Positions 25,324 to 37,592 of a stretch of 64,000 nt of DNA are shown here, one piece after another. The notes beneath the pieces were generated by a model that was given only the letters and a program-made list of their open reading frames with translations, was not told the DNA's origin and searched no databases. Position 1 is the first letter of the stretch, and each line of letters begins with the position of its first letter. The stretch spans positions 20,668 to 84,667 of the forward strand of contig CAWJYL010000002.1 of assembly GCA_963847075.1 (NCBI GenBank), given 5' to 3'. This DNA comes from an uncultured Acidobacteriota bacterium. GTDB lineage: Bacteria; Acidobacteriota; Thermoanaerobaculia; UBA5066; Gp7-AA6. A program made the translations under genes and the position numbers.

Positions 25324-26927
25324 TTATTTTTTGGAGTTGTTTTTCCATTCCAAGTACTCATTATATGTCATAAGCTTATCAGTAATGGTTCCGTCATCAT
25401 TAATCTCAATGACTCGGTTCGCAATCGTTTGAATGAACTGATGGTCATGAGATGTAAAGATCATTGAACCTTTAAATGCGATTAAACCATCGTTTAATGC
25501 TTGGATTGACTCTAAGTCTAAATGGTTTGTTGGTTCATCTAGAAGAAGAACGTTCGCGCTTGTAAGCATCATTTTTGATAACATGCAGCGAACTTTTTCG
25601 CCTCCAGAAAGAACAGAAGGTTTCTTATTGACTTCTTCACCAGAGAATAACATACGACCAAGGAAACCACGTAAAAATGTTTCTGTTTGATCTTCAGGGG
25701 AGTATTGACGTAACCACTCGACTAAAGAGTTTTCAGAGCCTTGGAAGTATTTGTTGTTATCAATAGGGAAGTATGCACGTGTTGTCGTGACACCCCATTT
25801 GATAGTACCAGCATCTGCTTCTGATTCTTCTGCTAAAACATCTAAATAGAGCAGATTTCGCAAGCGGATTTCCTAGAAGAATTACTTTATCATCTCTTCC
25901 GATGATAAATGATGCATTATCAATCATTTTATTTCCATCAACTGTTTTTGATACATCTCTAACAGTAAGAACATCATTTCCAATTTCACGACCGATTTGG
26001 AAATTAACGTAAGGGTAGCGTCTTGATGATGGACGAATATCATCTAGTTCAATCTTATCTAGCGTTTTCTTACGAGATGTAGCTTGTTTAGATTTAGAAG
26101 CATTTGCGCTAAATCGAGCAATAAAGGCTTCAAGTTCTTTTATTTTATCTTCTTTTTTCTTATTTTGGTCTTGAGCCATTTTCAAAGCAAGTTGACTTGA
26201 CTCATACCAGAAATTCATAGTTACCAGGATAAATTTGTATTTTGCCAAAATCTAAATCGGCAATTTGCGTACAAACATTATTCAAGAAATGTCGGTCATG
26301 GGAAACTACGATGACCGTGTTATCGAAGTTGATCAAGAATTCTTCTAACCAATGAATTGCTTGTAAATCTAAATGGTTTGTAGGCTCGTCGAGTAGTAAA
26401 ACATCTGGCTTGCCAAATAAAGCTTGAGCAAGAAGTACTTTTACTTTATCAGACCCTTTGAGTTCAGCCATTTTCACGTGGTGCATTCCTTCACCAATAC
26501 CTAGACCTTGTAAAAGAATCGCTGCTTCAGATTCAGCTTCCCAACCATTTAAATCGGCAAACTCACCTTCGAGTTCAGCTGCGCGCATTCCGTCCTCATC
26601 TGAAAAGTCTTCTTTCATGTAAATTGCATTTTTTTCGTTCATAATATCATAGAGATGTTTGTGACCCATTATTACTGTTTCTAGTACTTCGTTTTCCTCG
26701 TATTCGAAATGGTTTTGTTTTAAGATGGCAAGACGCTCATTAGGATTCATAATTACGTTTCCTGATTGAGGTTCAAGTTCACCAGACAAAACTTTTATAA
26801 ATGTTGACTTTCCTGCACCATTTGCACCAATTAGACCGTAGCAATGCCCTGGGTTAAACTGTATATTAACGTCTTCAAAGAGTTTGCGATCTCCGAATTG
26901 AAGACTCACATTATTTACTGCTATCAT
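25324..26927 (-). CDS. ABC-F family ATPase (YkpA/YbiT-like), frameshifted
   Basis: GANGAGKST, two LLDEPTNHLD, LSGGEK; no TM domain. Confidence 0.93.
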
Positions 26928-27043
26928 AGATATCCTCCTAAAATTCTCAATGCTATTAGTATAGCACGAAATGGTTAAGGAATGGAATGTCTAAAGCAAT
27001 CATTTCCAGATTAAATATATATATGTAGAAAGGGAAATGTCTT

Positions 27044-28234
27044 TTGTTGACTCAATCAAAGAAATATCGCTCAATCATTATTCTGTTTACAATATTTGCA
27101 ATCTCAATAAACCTACGTCCTGCAATCACTTCAATCGGACCGATGCTTGAAACAATCCGAGAACAATTATCGCTATCAAATGTCCAAGTAACCTTACTTA
27201 CGGCAATACCTGTTGTATCTATGGGGGTTTTTGCAACGCTTGCGCCGATATTCAATCGTCTATTCGGTATTAAACGTACAATCTATATAATGCTTAGTCT
27301 TATAGGTATCATGACAGGTTTAAGAGGCGTACTTTCCGGATTTCCGATTTTAATCAGCACTGCATTTATCATCGGAATTTCGATTGCAATCATTGGTCCG
27401 CTTCTTTCCGCGATGATTAAGCAATACTTTCCAGACCGCGCTGCTTCAGTCATCGGTGTCTATTCTTTCGGGATGGGAGTTGGATCAGCTGCAAGTGCGG
27501 GACTAACTGGTTTTTTTTATGAAACGACTAATTCATATTTTTTCGCGCTAAGTATTTGGGCGATATTAGCTTTTGTTGGACTAATCTCTTGGTTTTTTAT
27601 GATGAAAGAAAATATCGACGTGCGACAAACAGATCCGGTCCCCGTAAAAATAAAGAGAATAGGGAAGTCACCATGGAGAACGGGTAAAGCATGGATGTTT
27701 CTATTGTTTTTCGGATTGCAATCAGTCTGTATTTTTTCAATTATTACATGGCTCGCTCCTATTGCTATAGCTTCTGGAATGACTTTATTGCAAGCCGGTA
27801 CTTTACTCAGTGTCATGACAACCGTTCAAATATTTTTAAATATACTTCTCCCTCTGCTAATGGAAAAGTTTCCAGCACGAATGTTTTGGATTAACACCAT
27901 GTTAGTCTCGGGCTTACTTGCAACCATTTTATTTTGGACTGGAATCCATCCGCTCATGTGGGTAGGTGCAGTCGTTATGGGGATTCCACTTGGAGGTCTA
28001 TTTCCAGTAGCTTTGCTATTGCCTTTAGACGAGACGGATACCCCTAACGAAACGAATTCGTGGACAGCTATGATGCAAACGGGCGGTTTTATCATCGGTG
28101 GACTTTTGCCATTACTCATCGCCTATGTCTATGATTGGTCGAGTAATCATACATATACTTTCATAATATTGTCGACGATGTATCTCATGATGTTTGTCTT
28201 AACAGTAATGATTGGAAATAAGAAAGAAATCTAA
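27044..28234 (+). CDS. CynX/NimT family MFS transporter
   Basis: NLRPAITSIGP, IKQYFP, multiple TM segments, intact 396 aa. Confidence 0.88.
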   Translation: MLTQSKKYRSIIILFTIFAISINLRPAITSIGPMLETIREQLSLSNVQVTLLTAIPVVSMGVFATLAPIFNRLFGIKRTIYIMLSLIGIMTGLRGVLSGFPILISTAFIIGISIAIIGPLLSAMIKQYFPDRAASVIGVYSFGMGVGSAASAGLTGFFYETTNSYFFALSIWAILAFVGLISWFFMMKENIDVRQTDPVPVKIKRIGKSPWRTGKAWMFLLFFGLQSVCIFSIITWLAPIAIASGMTLLQAGTLLSVMTTVQIFLNILLPLLMEKFPARMFWINTMLVSGLLATILFWTGIHPLMWVGAVVMGIPLGGLFPVALLLPLDETDTPNETNSWTAMMQTGGFIIGGLLPLLIAYVYDWSSNHTYTFIILSTMYLMMFVLTVMIGNKKEI

Positions 28235-28293
28235 TGAAAAAAGAATGGATAGGGAAATCAGCCTGCCTTTGATGGCTAACTAATTTCTATCAA

Positions 28294-28350
28294 GAGTATT
28301 TTCGAAACATTATCGAAGTCTGAGTATTTTCGAAGCATTTATCGAAAATA
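28294..28350. repeat. two ~28-bp palindromic direct repeats
   Basis: gagtattttcgaa...ttatcgaa twice, between convergent genes. Confidence 0.7.
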
Positions 28351-28357
28351 GTTCTAT

Positions 28358-28890
28358 TTAGGACCAGTGATTGGAGATAAATTCATCACGGCCGGAACGC
28401 GCTCGGTCTTCTTCATAATGTTCTTTTTCTTTTTCATAATAATCTTGGTGATATTCTTCCGCACGGTAAAATGTTTCAGCCGGACGAATAGGCGTGACGA
28501 TTGGTTTTGTGAAAATTCCGCTTGCATCTAAGTTGTCCTTTGATGGTTCAGCAATTTGACGCTGCTCGTCCGTATAATAAAAAATGGCTGTTGAGTAGGA
28601 ATGGCCGCGGTCATGAAATTGTCCATCCGCATCTGTTGGATCAATTTGTTGCCAGAAAACATCTAGTAATTTTTCATAAGGAAATATAGCGGGATCATAT
28701 GTAATTTCGACGACTTCCAAATGACCAGAATCGCCTTTTTTAACATCTTCATATGTAGGGTTCTCGACATGCCCACCCATATAGCCGGAGACAACATCAT
28801 GAATGCCGTCCCATTCTTTAAACGGCTTCACCATGCACCAAAAACAACCACCAGCAAATGCTGCTTTTTCAATTTTTTTTCAGTCATCAT
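28358..28890 (-). CDS. msrA: second peptide-methionine (S)-S-oxide reductase
   Basis: [26 protein letters not shown]. Confidence 0.93.
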
Positions 28891-29022
28891 TGACATCAAC
28901 ACCTTTCATCTCATATCTATAGAATTAGTATAACAAATGAATAATAAAAAAAGAGCGCGTAGTTAAGCGCTCTCAATTTACAAGAGGTGCCTCTGAGCGA
29001 ATTGTGATAGTTTTTCAATCGA

Positions 29023-29124
29023 TTAATAAATAAGCTTGCACCAATAATAATCAATAGGATGAAAAGTACGACGATTAAAGCAAAAGAATTACCTTCGCCT
29101 GCTCCTCATACATTCACGCCCCAT
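29023..29124 (-). CDS. YjcZ family small sporulation protein (absent from ORF track; indels)
   Basis: RBS aaaggtggtg, then ...GNSFALIVVLFILLIIIGAS signature. Confidence 0.75.
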
Positions 29125-29349
29125 AAAATACACCACCTTTCTTGACGAACATCTATTGTAGCATATGATTGATCCATTAGTAAGGAGTTGGGGAATATGC
29201 CGTGATAATTTACTCCTATAGATATTTATTTTATCAATGCAAAAGTGAATAGCGAAAAAGGTACTTCATGGTATAATGATCACAACAAATGCAACCAAGA
29301 AGTTACCGTTCGTCCTAATTAGGAAGATCATATTTTGGAGGAATAATTA

Positions 29350-30307
29350 ATGAAAGATCATGATGAAACCTATACCAAAAAGAAGAAGAAAAAAAAAACT
29401 TCGATTGGCAGGGTCATTTTTACAATATTTACACTTTGTTTTATAGCTAGTTGGACTTTATTCATTCATTCAATATAATGCAGGGAAATCATTGGCAAAA
29501 GGAAACGCCATTGATCCAGGTTCATTTAAAGGCGATACAATTCATCCGAATTATACATCAGTTGAAAATTATTTATTACTAGGTGTTGATAATGATGGTG
29601 GTGGTAAATCACGGACGGATACGATGATGGTATTATCTTGGGATAAAAGTGAAGGGACGATGCGAGTCATTTCATTTATGCGAGATATTTATGCAGAAAT
29701 TCCGGCTATCAATCGTACAAGTTAAATACTGCTTATTATTTAGATGGCGTTCAAACTGCAAAAGATACAATTACAGGTATGTTTGGAATTCCTATTCATC
29801 ATTATGCAATCGTTGATTTTGATAATTTTGAATCAATCGTTGATATTGCATTTCCAGAATGGTGTTGAAATTGATGTCAAAAAAGAGATGTCAGAAGAAA
29901 TTGGTGTGACATTAACGCCAGGTAAACAACAATTAAACGGTAAAGAGTTACTAGGTTATGCACGTTTCCGTGCAGATTCAGAAGGAGATTTCGGACGAGT
30001 CGCAAGACAACAAGAAGTAATTTCTGCAATGAAAGACGAAGCGATACTCCCAAGTATGATTATGAACATACCGAAAACTTGCAGGTGCTTTATCGGGTTA
30101 CATTCATACAGACTTAACGGCTAAAGATGAAATTTCTCGTGCACTTTCACTTGCCTTAAAAAAGGTGCGGATATCGAAACAATGACTGTTCCAATTGAAG
30201 GATCCTATTCGTTTAATTCTTATAGTCACGCTGGATCTGTTATCGAAATAGATCTTGCAAAAAATAAAGAAGCGATTTCAAAATTTTTGAATATGAAATT
30301 GGATTAA
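29350..30307 (+). CDS. LCP (LytR-CpsA-Psr) family protein, frameshifted
   Basis: LLLGVD, SRTDTMM, SFMRDIY, YARFR, GDFGRVARQQ. Confidence 0.9.
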
Positions 30308-30338
30308 ACCTAATTGATTCGGAAATGAGGGATGAAAT

Positions 30339-31541
30339 TTGAAGCAGGAGCCGCTATCAACAACAGATACAAATGAGAGAAAATCGGACAATTGAATATA
30401 TTCGTTTTCTAGGTGGCAAAAGTACAATATTTGTTTTAATTTCAATTTTACTTATTGGGTTAATCATTGTGGTCTTCAAAGAATATCGTTTATATTTTAT
30501 CCAATAAAGGTATTTTTTTCGACAGTAGTATTGCCAATTATATTAGCATCAATCGGCTATTATTTACTAAGGCCAATCCTTCGCTTATTAGAAAAAATAC
30601 ATATTCCGCGTCCATGGGGAATACTTATTATTTTTCTAGGAGCTGCCGGACTCATTACATTATTGGTTTTTTAGTTCTTCCATTTTTAAAAGTACAATTT
30701 AATAATCTCGTAGAAGATTTCCCGACATATTTCAGACAATTAACGTTGACATTGATACTTTTTTAAGAACATCTATATTTTCATCGTATTATGAAGAACT
30801 TGATATTAACGTGCTTTCAATCGTGGAATCTAGCCCCGGAGAATATCGGAAAGTTTCTAACAGACATGGTAGGCGGGATTGCTGTCGGTATTAAATTCTT
30901 TTGTTAGTGCGATTACAGGTTTTGTATTAGCAATTGTTACTGTGCCATTTATTCTATTTTATTTATTGAAGGACGGAGAGAAATTACCGAAAGTTCTTTA
31001 TAAAAATGTTGCCGCCAAGTATGCGAGATGATGCGAAAGTATCTCAAAGATGCTGACCATCAAATTAGTTCTTATATTCAAGGGCAAATTCTAGTTGCAA
31101 TTTGTATCGGGATAATGGTATCGATTGGATTTCTCATTATCGGCATGGAATATGCATTGCTTCTCGGTGTATTAGCCATGTTTACAAGTGTTGTTCCTTA
31201 TTTAGGCCCTTTGATTGCCATAACACCGGCTGTCATCATTGCGATTGTCACATCGCCATTTATGTTAATAAAATTAGCAGTTGTTTGGACAATTGTGCAA
31301 TTGGTAGATGGGAAGTTTATCTCTCCTCAAATTATGGGGAAATCACTTAGCATTCATCCAATTACAATTATTTTTGTGTTATTAACTGCTGGTTCGTTAT
31401 TTGGTGTCGCAGGCGTTATTCTCGGTATTCCGGGGTACGCGTTACTAAAAGTATGTGATTACTCATTTATTTAAATTATACAAAGCACGGTATAATAAAC
31501 ATATCCCAGAAAAGAAGTATCAATATGATATATCCGAATAA
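30339..31541 (+). CDS. AI-2E family transporter, frameshifted
   Basis: [33 protein letters not shown]. Confidence 0.9.
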
Positions 31542-31611
31542 GCAAAAACGCGCCTCATTACATTGAGCGCGTTTTTTTAAAAATATACATACATTTATGG
31601 GGGGGCATATA

Positions 31612-32019
31612 ATGGAGAGAAACTATGTACTATTTAATGAACTTACGAAAAGCTTGAATAAGATTCATAAAGCTAGTTGCAAGGGCGTTACAGTCGTTCA
31701 AAGTTCGATTCTGTATGAAATCTCATTGCATGAAAATCCGTCAATGCAAACAGTTGCTGAAGCTCTTGGTATGGACAAAACAACATTCTCCAGGCAAATT
31801 GGAACGTTGGAAAAGAAAAGTCTAATCACACGAACACCTAACCAGAAAGATCGACGAATATACTTATTATCACTAACGAAAACAGGGCAAGTTCTTGTCA
31901 AAACAATTAATACTAACATCGCTACAATAATGGAAGAATCTTTGTCTACTATGAATGACTTTGAAAGAGAAACTGTAATGAGGTCTATGCAACTACTTAG
32001 TGATAATCTAAAATTGTAG
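31612..32019 (+). CDS. MarR family transcriptional regulator
   Basis: wHTH with LEKKSLITR...DRR motif. Confidence 0.9.
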   Translation: MERNYVLFNELTKSLNKIHKASCKGVTVVQSSILYEISLHENPSMQTVAEALGMDKTTFSRQIGTLEKKSLITRTPNQKDRRIYLLSLTKTGQVLVKTINTNIATIMEESLSTMNDFERETVMRSMQLLSDNLKL

Positions 32020-32056
32020 TCAACTAGCAGCAAACGAAAAGAAGTGCGGCAAATAG

Positions 32057-32110
32057 TTGCATAGTGCAAATTTAAAACGATACAATTACTTGCGTGATGC
32101 AAGTAATTGT
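32057..32110 (+). promoter_or_regulatory. two MarR-type palindromic operators overlapping a candidate sigma-A promoter
   Basis: TTGCAtagTGCAA and acaattacTTGCgtgatGCAAgtaattgt; ttgcat-18-tacaat. Confidence 0.65.
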
Positions 32111-32171
32111 GATTTTAGTGATACTTTCATTAGTAATGGGGCTGCGTATCTAATAGAAAAGGGATGAGAGG

Positions 32172-32882
32172 ATGACAAAGGGGATTGATCCTTCGTTCGT
32201 AATGTTTTCGACTGAACATCTATTGGCGATAGTTGTGTTTTTCTTATGTGTTTTTCTATTGTTTATTTCAAAAAAGAACATATCGATTCGGCAAGAACAT
32301 TTGAAAGTAAAAGAGAGACTTTTTGCCTGCACTTTATTAATCATGGAACTATCTTATCATATTTGGATGGTTACAGCAGATCGCTGGAGTTTATCGGGCT
32401 CGTTACCACTTGAATTATGCAGTATAAGCCTACTCGTTACCATTGCATTGCTATGGACAGGGAATAGGCATCTCTACATGTTTGTGTTTTTCGCAGGCAT
32501 TGGAGGGGCTATCCAAGCTATTGGAACACCTGTTCTAGACCTTGGATTTCCGCATTTTAGATATGTCCATTTTTTCTATACACACATCGGAATTATCGTG
32601 ACCGCACTGTATTTTACGTGGGGGAAAGGTTACAGGCCAACATTTAGAGGAGTTATTACGACGATGATTGTGTTAAATGTATTGTTGCCATTCATATTTT
32701 TTGTGAATCAGCTATTCGATACAAATTATATGTTTTTACGGATGAAACCTACAAATGGTAGTTTACTTGATTTTTTAGGTCCCTATCCTTGGTATATTTT
32801 TTCTCTCGAAGCTGTAGCCTTTATTATCTTTGTTTGTTTGTGGTTGTCCTTTAGAAAGCGGAAGTCTACGACTACAGGCTGA
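32172..32882 (+). CDS. TIGR02206/YwaF family integral membrane protein
   Basis: LPLELC, FPHFRY, NYMFL, SLLDFLGPYPWY. Confidence 0.9.
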   Translation: MTKGIDPSFVMFSTEHLLAIVVFFLCVFLLFISKKNISIRQEHLKVKERLFACTLLIMELSYHIWMVTADRWSLSGSLPLELCSISLLVTIALLWTGNRHLYMFVFFAGIGGAIQAIGTPVLDLGFPHFRYVHFFYTHIGIIVTALYFTWGKGYRPTFRGVITTMIVLNVLLPFIFFVNQLFDTNYMFLRMKPTNGSLLDFLGPYPWYIFSLEAVAFIIFVCLWLSFRKRKSTTTG

Positions 32883-32971
32883 GATGAATACACCTCCCGA
32901 GTCCATTCCAATCGAATACGCTAACCACTACAATAGAATGTATAGGAAACAATCATATAGGGGGTAGGACA

Positions 32972-33819
32972 ATGAAACAAAATAGAGGAATACTAATTAT
33001 ATTGGCATTGGTGCTATTCATTGTGTTAGGCGGCACTTTCTTTTATCAGGCTTGGAATACGTTTGTTGACGATGCAAATAAAGTGATTAAGAACGAAACA
33101 TTTACAACCATTGAAGTCGTTTCCGACAATGCTTCTGTGGAGATTATGCCGACTGATAGCACCACTACTACTGTTGAATACATTGGAAAGAAGAGAAAAA
33201 ACGATAAGTATAATTTCAATGTAGACGTAAAAAACGATACACTTACTATAGAGTTCAAGGAAAAAAGATGGAGTTTTTTACGATTTGATTTCTCATTTTC
33301 CAAAATGGAATTACTTGTTAAAGTTCCCGAAACGCAATATGACCTGGTTAAAGTGAAAAATAATAATGGTAAGATCAAGACAGAAAAATCTCGTACGCAA
33401 AGAAAATTTCGTTTGAAACCGATAATGGGAGTATCGAAATGAAAAATGTCGACGCAGTATCGACTAATGTGGAATCCGATAACGGAAAAATTATTTTAGA
33501 CCAAGTTAATGGTGAAATTATTGGAAAGACAGACAACGGACGTATAATGCTTGTAACAAACGAATTGGATCGCCCAATCGAGTTAACTACAGATAATGGG
33601 CGAATCGAAATTATCACGAAAACTGAGCCCACTAATGGAATCATTGATGTGAAAACAGATAATGGGAAAATTGATGTTTTCGGAAAAAAGAATGAGCAAA
33701 CTGTGTTTGGTGAAGGAAAAAACTTGATTAAATTGAGAACCGATAACGGCGGAATAACCGTGACTAAAATGACTATAATGCTAATAAAAACTAAACCGTC
33801 CTTAGACGATAAAAGCTAA
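32972..33819 (+). CDS. DUF4097 beta-strand repeat protein, one frameshift
   Basis: N-terminal TM, repeated TDNG-I motifs. Confidence 0.85.
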
Positions 33820-33848
33820 GGGCGGTTTTATTGTTTATTGTTCATTCT

Positions 33849-34987
33849 TTACATTCTTTTTCGAATGGTAAAGTTGTCTTCTAGCAATACCCAGTTTTGT
33901 GGAAATGGATACCCCAATACCCAGTAGCTAATCCCACGTAAATTATAGTTTTTCACCGTATCAATTTTGCTTGTGCACTCCTGGCGTCTTCAAACCAGAC
34001 TTCATGCGTTTGCCCTTGCTCATCCGCATAACGAAAGAACGGGGACTGGGCTGTTACGTTGTATTGAATGGCTACATCATGTTCAACAGCCCGTCGCATA
34101 GCTTCTTGTTGACTAAATGTCTCCGCCTCTGATCCAGGAACATGTGGGAGCACCCAGTCGCGAGCATAGATTTGAAAACCGAAAAAAATCTTGTCCCTGG
34201 GTATTACAGTAACAGCATAATCTAGTACGCGTTTTATTTGGTTAAGTGGTGAGATTGCTTGGGGCGGTCCAAGTCTGTATCCCCACTCATAGGTCATTAA
34301 CACAACAAAGTCGACGATTCTTCCATGCGCTTCATAATCATGCGCCTCATAGAGTAACCCTTTTTGTTCACCGCTAACTTTCGGTGCTAGAGCGGTGGAA
34401 ACAAAATAGCCCATAGGATGCAAGCGGTCAACTGTAAGCTGTAAAAATTGATTGTATAGGACACGATCCGCAGGTAACACGTTTTCAAAATCAATATTTA
34501 TTCCTCGATATCCTTTTTCTTTCATTAAATCGATGATAGTCGTTAATAAGCGCTCTTGAATGTCATTATTTGATAGTATAGTATGTGCTAAAGTTGAACC
34601 TGCCTCTGTTGCGCTAAAATTGGTAATGCATAATACCGGGACGATTTGTTCATCAATAGCTTCTTGAATCATAGCCGAATCGTCGATTGCTTCTAGGCCG
34701 CCGGTTACTGTCATCCGATATGCGAAAGGCATCCAAAACGTTAAATCTTCACCAACATCGTCTAGCTCTTCAGCACCTGATTCTCCTGTGTTAATCGTAT
34801 AAGCATTCACATCGATAACAGGTTTAGCTGATACCGGGGTCAGCGTTGGTATGATAAGGGCCTGGCCTACAACCAGTTTTCCAGGCATTTCCAACTGATT
34901 TATATTAACGATTTGTTCCATCGCTATGCCAAATTGATGAGAAAGGTCCCAGAGAGATTCTCCCTCTTTCACAACATGAATCTGCAT
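33849..34987 (-). CDS. LysM-GH18 spore cortex hydrolase (YaaH/SleL/YdhD-like), frameshift near 3' end
   Basis: LysM N-terminus, GINIDFE, LMTYEWG, HEVWFEDARS, RGISYWVLG. Confidence 0.9.
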
Positions 34988-35045
34988 TTCAATTCACCTC
35001 TTAGTAGTCATTTACTCAGTGATTTACAGGCTTCGTTAATTTGAC

Positions 35046-35429
35046 TCACCAATGGAGTAACATGGCCATTTGACAACATCTACCTAGAAGTTCCGAGTTA
35101 TCTAATTTAATCTGAATTCCGGTTGGGGTAAATGTTGTTTCGACTTTCGCTGTAATTCCGGTTGATTTTATTAATTCCTTTACTTTTTCAGCATTAGACA
35201 GCTGTGCCTGATTCATTAGTTCATGGGCGAACTCATTAGAACTAGTAATTTTATCGACTAGTTTATTCGCTTCCTCCATTAGTTTTTGAAACTTTTGCGC
35301 TGACCTATGCAGAAGTTTAGGGTCAACGGGTGGGAACGGACTTGGATCGATGGCACTCTGTATGGGTGTTTGTGGGTCTGAGGTCAAAGTTGAATAATAA
35401 ACATAGTGCAAAAAAATCCTCCTTTCCAA
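35046..35429 (-). CDS. YuzC-like spore coat protein
   Basis: FPPVDP..SA, LM-AQ-S, F-P-G, CC...L-W pattern. Confidence 0.6.
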   Translation of the reverse strand: MERRIFLHYVYYSTLTSDPQTPIQSAIDPSPFPPVDPKLLHRSAQKFQKLMEEANKLVDKITSSNEFAHELMNQAQLSNAEKVKELIKSTGITAKVETTFTPTGIQIKLDNSELLGRCCQMAMLLHW

Positions 35430-35589
35430 TTTTCAGATACCTTATCCTATGTATCATCGCAAGAAGAGGTTATGAATATGCGATGACGGATGATTGGAAG
35501 TATCCATTAATCATGTTAAAATCAAAAGTGACGTATTTTTGATACGGGTTCAAAGTAAAATTATCTAATTTAGAAAGTGAGGTTACTGT

Positions 35590-36552
35590 ATGGTTGATGA
35601 CATACCTCGTAAAAGAAAAAGTGCAGTTGGCATTGCACATAGTAAGTTAATATTGATAGGTGAACATTCAGTGGTCTATGGTAAGCCAGCGATTGCTCTC
35701 CCATTTCCGACGATTGAAGCACGAACTACAATCGAAGAAATTAAAAATAATGATACGATATTATTTGAATCGCACTATTATAGTGGTCCTTATCAAGAAA
35801 TCCCCAAAAATATGGAAGGTATTACGGTTTGTATAAATGAAACCTTAAGTTATCTAAAGCAAAAACCAGAGGGACTCCGAATTCGATTGGAATCTACAAT
35901 CCCCATTGGGCGCGGATTGGGTTCAAGTGCTGCAATTGCCATTTCAATCGTAAGGAGTTTGTTTCTTTACTTTGGACAAGCTTTGAACAATGAGAAACTT
36001 AAGGAACTAGTTCATATTTCCGAAACCTACGCGCATGGTAATCCTAGCGGGATTGATGCGGCGGCGTCTTCTAATGACCACCCGATTTGGTTTCAACAGG
36101 GAAGTCCAATAACCTCTTTAAAAATAGGCGGACCATTTTACCTAGTCGTTGCGGATACTGGCCGAATTGGCAATACGCGCGGGGCTGTAGAGAGCATTAA
36201 GGAATTGTATACTCTCGATCCAGCCAAAACCGAGCAATCCCTTAATTCACTCGAGAAAAATACACTTATTGCCAAAAATGCACTCATCAGTGGAGAGATT
36301 GATGTATTAGGTGAGACTTTGGACGTGGCACAACAAGAGCTGTCTCTACTAGGCGTGAGTGATACTGGCATCGATTTACTAGTCTCGGCCGCAAAGCAAA
36401 AAGGTGCACTTGGAGCTAAGTTAACAGGCGGTGGTCGCGGCGGCTGCATACTTGCACTGGCAAAAGATCATCTACATGTTAAAGAAATTGAAAAAGCACT
36501 ACTTGACGCAGGGGCTTACCAAACCTGGAATTTCAAGGTTGGTAACAATTGA
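35590..36552 (+). CDS. mvk: mevalonate kinase
   Basis: KLILIGEHSVVYG, PIGRGLGSSAA, HGNPSGID, KLTGGGRGG. Confidence 0.95.
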   Translation: MVDDIPRKRKSAVGIAHSKLILIGEHSVVYGKPAIALPFPTIEARTTIEEIKNNDTILFESHYYSGPYQEIPKNMEGITVCINETLSYLKQKPEGLRIRLESTIPIGRGLGSSAAIAISIVRSLFLYFGQALNNEKLKELVHISETYAHGNPSGIDAAASSNDHPIWFQQGSPITSLKIGGPFYLVVADTGRIGNTRGAVESIKELYTLDPAKTEQSLNSLEKNTLIAKNALISGEIDVLGETLDVAQQELSLLGVSDTGIDLLVSAAKQKGALGAKLTGGGRGGCILALAKDHLHVKEIEKALLDAGAYQTWNFKVGNN

Positions 36553-36588
36553 TTGGAAAATGCGTGCATTTATGAAAGGAATGTAAAT

Positions 36589-37590
36589 TTGGAAGCAACA
36601 GCTAAAGCTCATACGAATATTGCTTTAATTAAATATTGGGGAAAACGTGATGAGGAATTGTTTTTACCGATGAATAACAGTCTATCTATTACGTTGGATC
36701 GGTTTTATACAATAACTTCTGTACAGTTTTGCGAGTGCTTGAATTCGGATAAATTGTACTTAAATGATACGTTAGCAACTGAAGATGAAACGAAAAAAAT
36801 TAGTGAATTATTAGACCTGATTAGAGATTTATCGGGTATGAAAATGTACGCAGTAGTAGATTCTATAAATGAAGTACCTACGGCGGCTGGTTTCGCTTCC
36901 TCGGCGTCTGGTTTTGCGGCTCTAGCAGCGGCGGCAACGAAAGCATTAGGCATGGATATCGACGGGGCAACACTTTCAAAGATAGCACGCCAAGGGTCCG
37001 GTTCTGCTTGTCGCTCAATATACGGCGGTTATGTAGAGTGGAAAAAAGGTGAGAGGTCTGATGGATCCGACTCATATGCGGAACAAATCTTACCAGAAGA
37101 AGCATGGGATTTGAGTATTTTATCTGTCCTATTAGAACCGAAACAGAAAAAAGTCTTAAGTCGTGAAGGCATGAGACGATCTGTTGAAACATCCCCTTTT
37201 TATCAAGGCTGGTTAGATACGGTCGATGAGGATTTGGAAGTTGCGAAACGAGCCATCAACCAACGAAATTTTGAAATGCTTGGAGATGTCCTCGAAAGAA
37301 ATGCTATGAAAATGCACGCTACAACACTAGGAGCAAATCCACCTTTTATGTATTGGCAAAGTGCAACTTTCGATGTAATGGAAAAGGTTCAAGAATTGAG
37401 GGAGTCGGGTATTCAAGCTTACTTCACAATCGATGCCGGTCCGAATGTTAAAGTTCTATGTCAGCCTAAAGATGAACAATTCGTTCGAGAAGCGTTAATG
37501 ACATTGACTCCGGTACAAGATGTGTATACTTGTCATCCTGGTCCAGGTATTTCCTATTTGCCCCAGACCAAAAGAAAGACGTGTTGTTGA
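36589..37590 (+). CDS. mvaD: diphosphomevalonate decarboxylase
   Basis: NIALIKYWGK, PTAAGFASSASG, GSGSACRS, TIDAGPNV. Confidence 0.96.
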   Translation: MEATAKAHTNIALIKYWGKRDEELFLPMNNSLSITLDRFYTITSVQFCECLNSDKLYLNDTLATEDETKKISELLDLIRDLSGMKMYAVVDSINEVPTAAGFASSASGFAALAAAATKALGMDIDGATLSKIARQGSGSACRSIYGGYVEWKKGERSDGSDSYAEQILPEEAWDLSILSVLLEPKQKKVLSREGMRRSVETSPFYQGWLDTVDEDLEVAKRAINQRNFEMLGDVLERNAMKMHATTLGANPPFMYWQSATFDVMEKVQELRESGIQAYFTIDAGPNVKVLCQPKDEQFVREALMTLTPVQDVYTCHPGPGISYLPQTKRKTCC

Positions 37591-37592
37591 AA

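Noticed and set aside
28358-28890. Second msrA as a recent duplication or novelty
   Set aside because: It is clearly diverged from the first copy, and multiple msrA paralogues are common in Bacillales.
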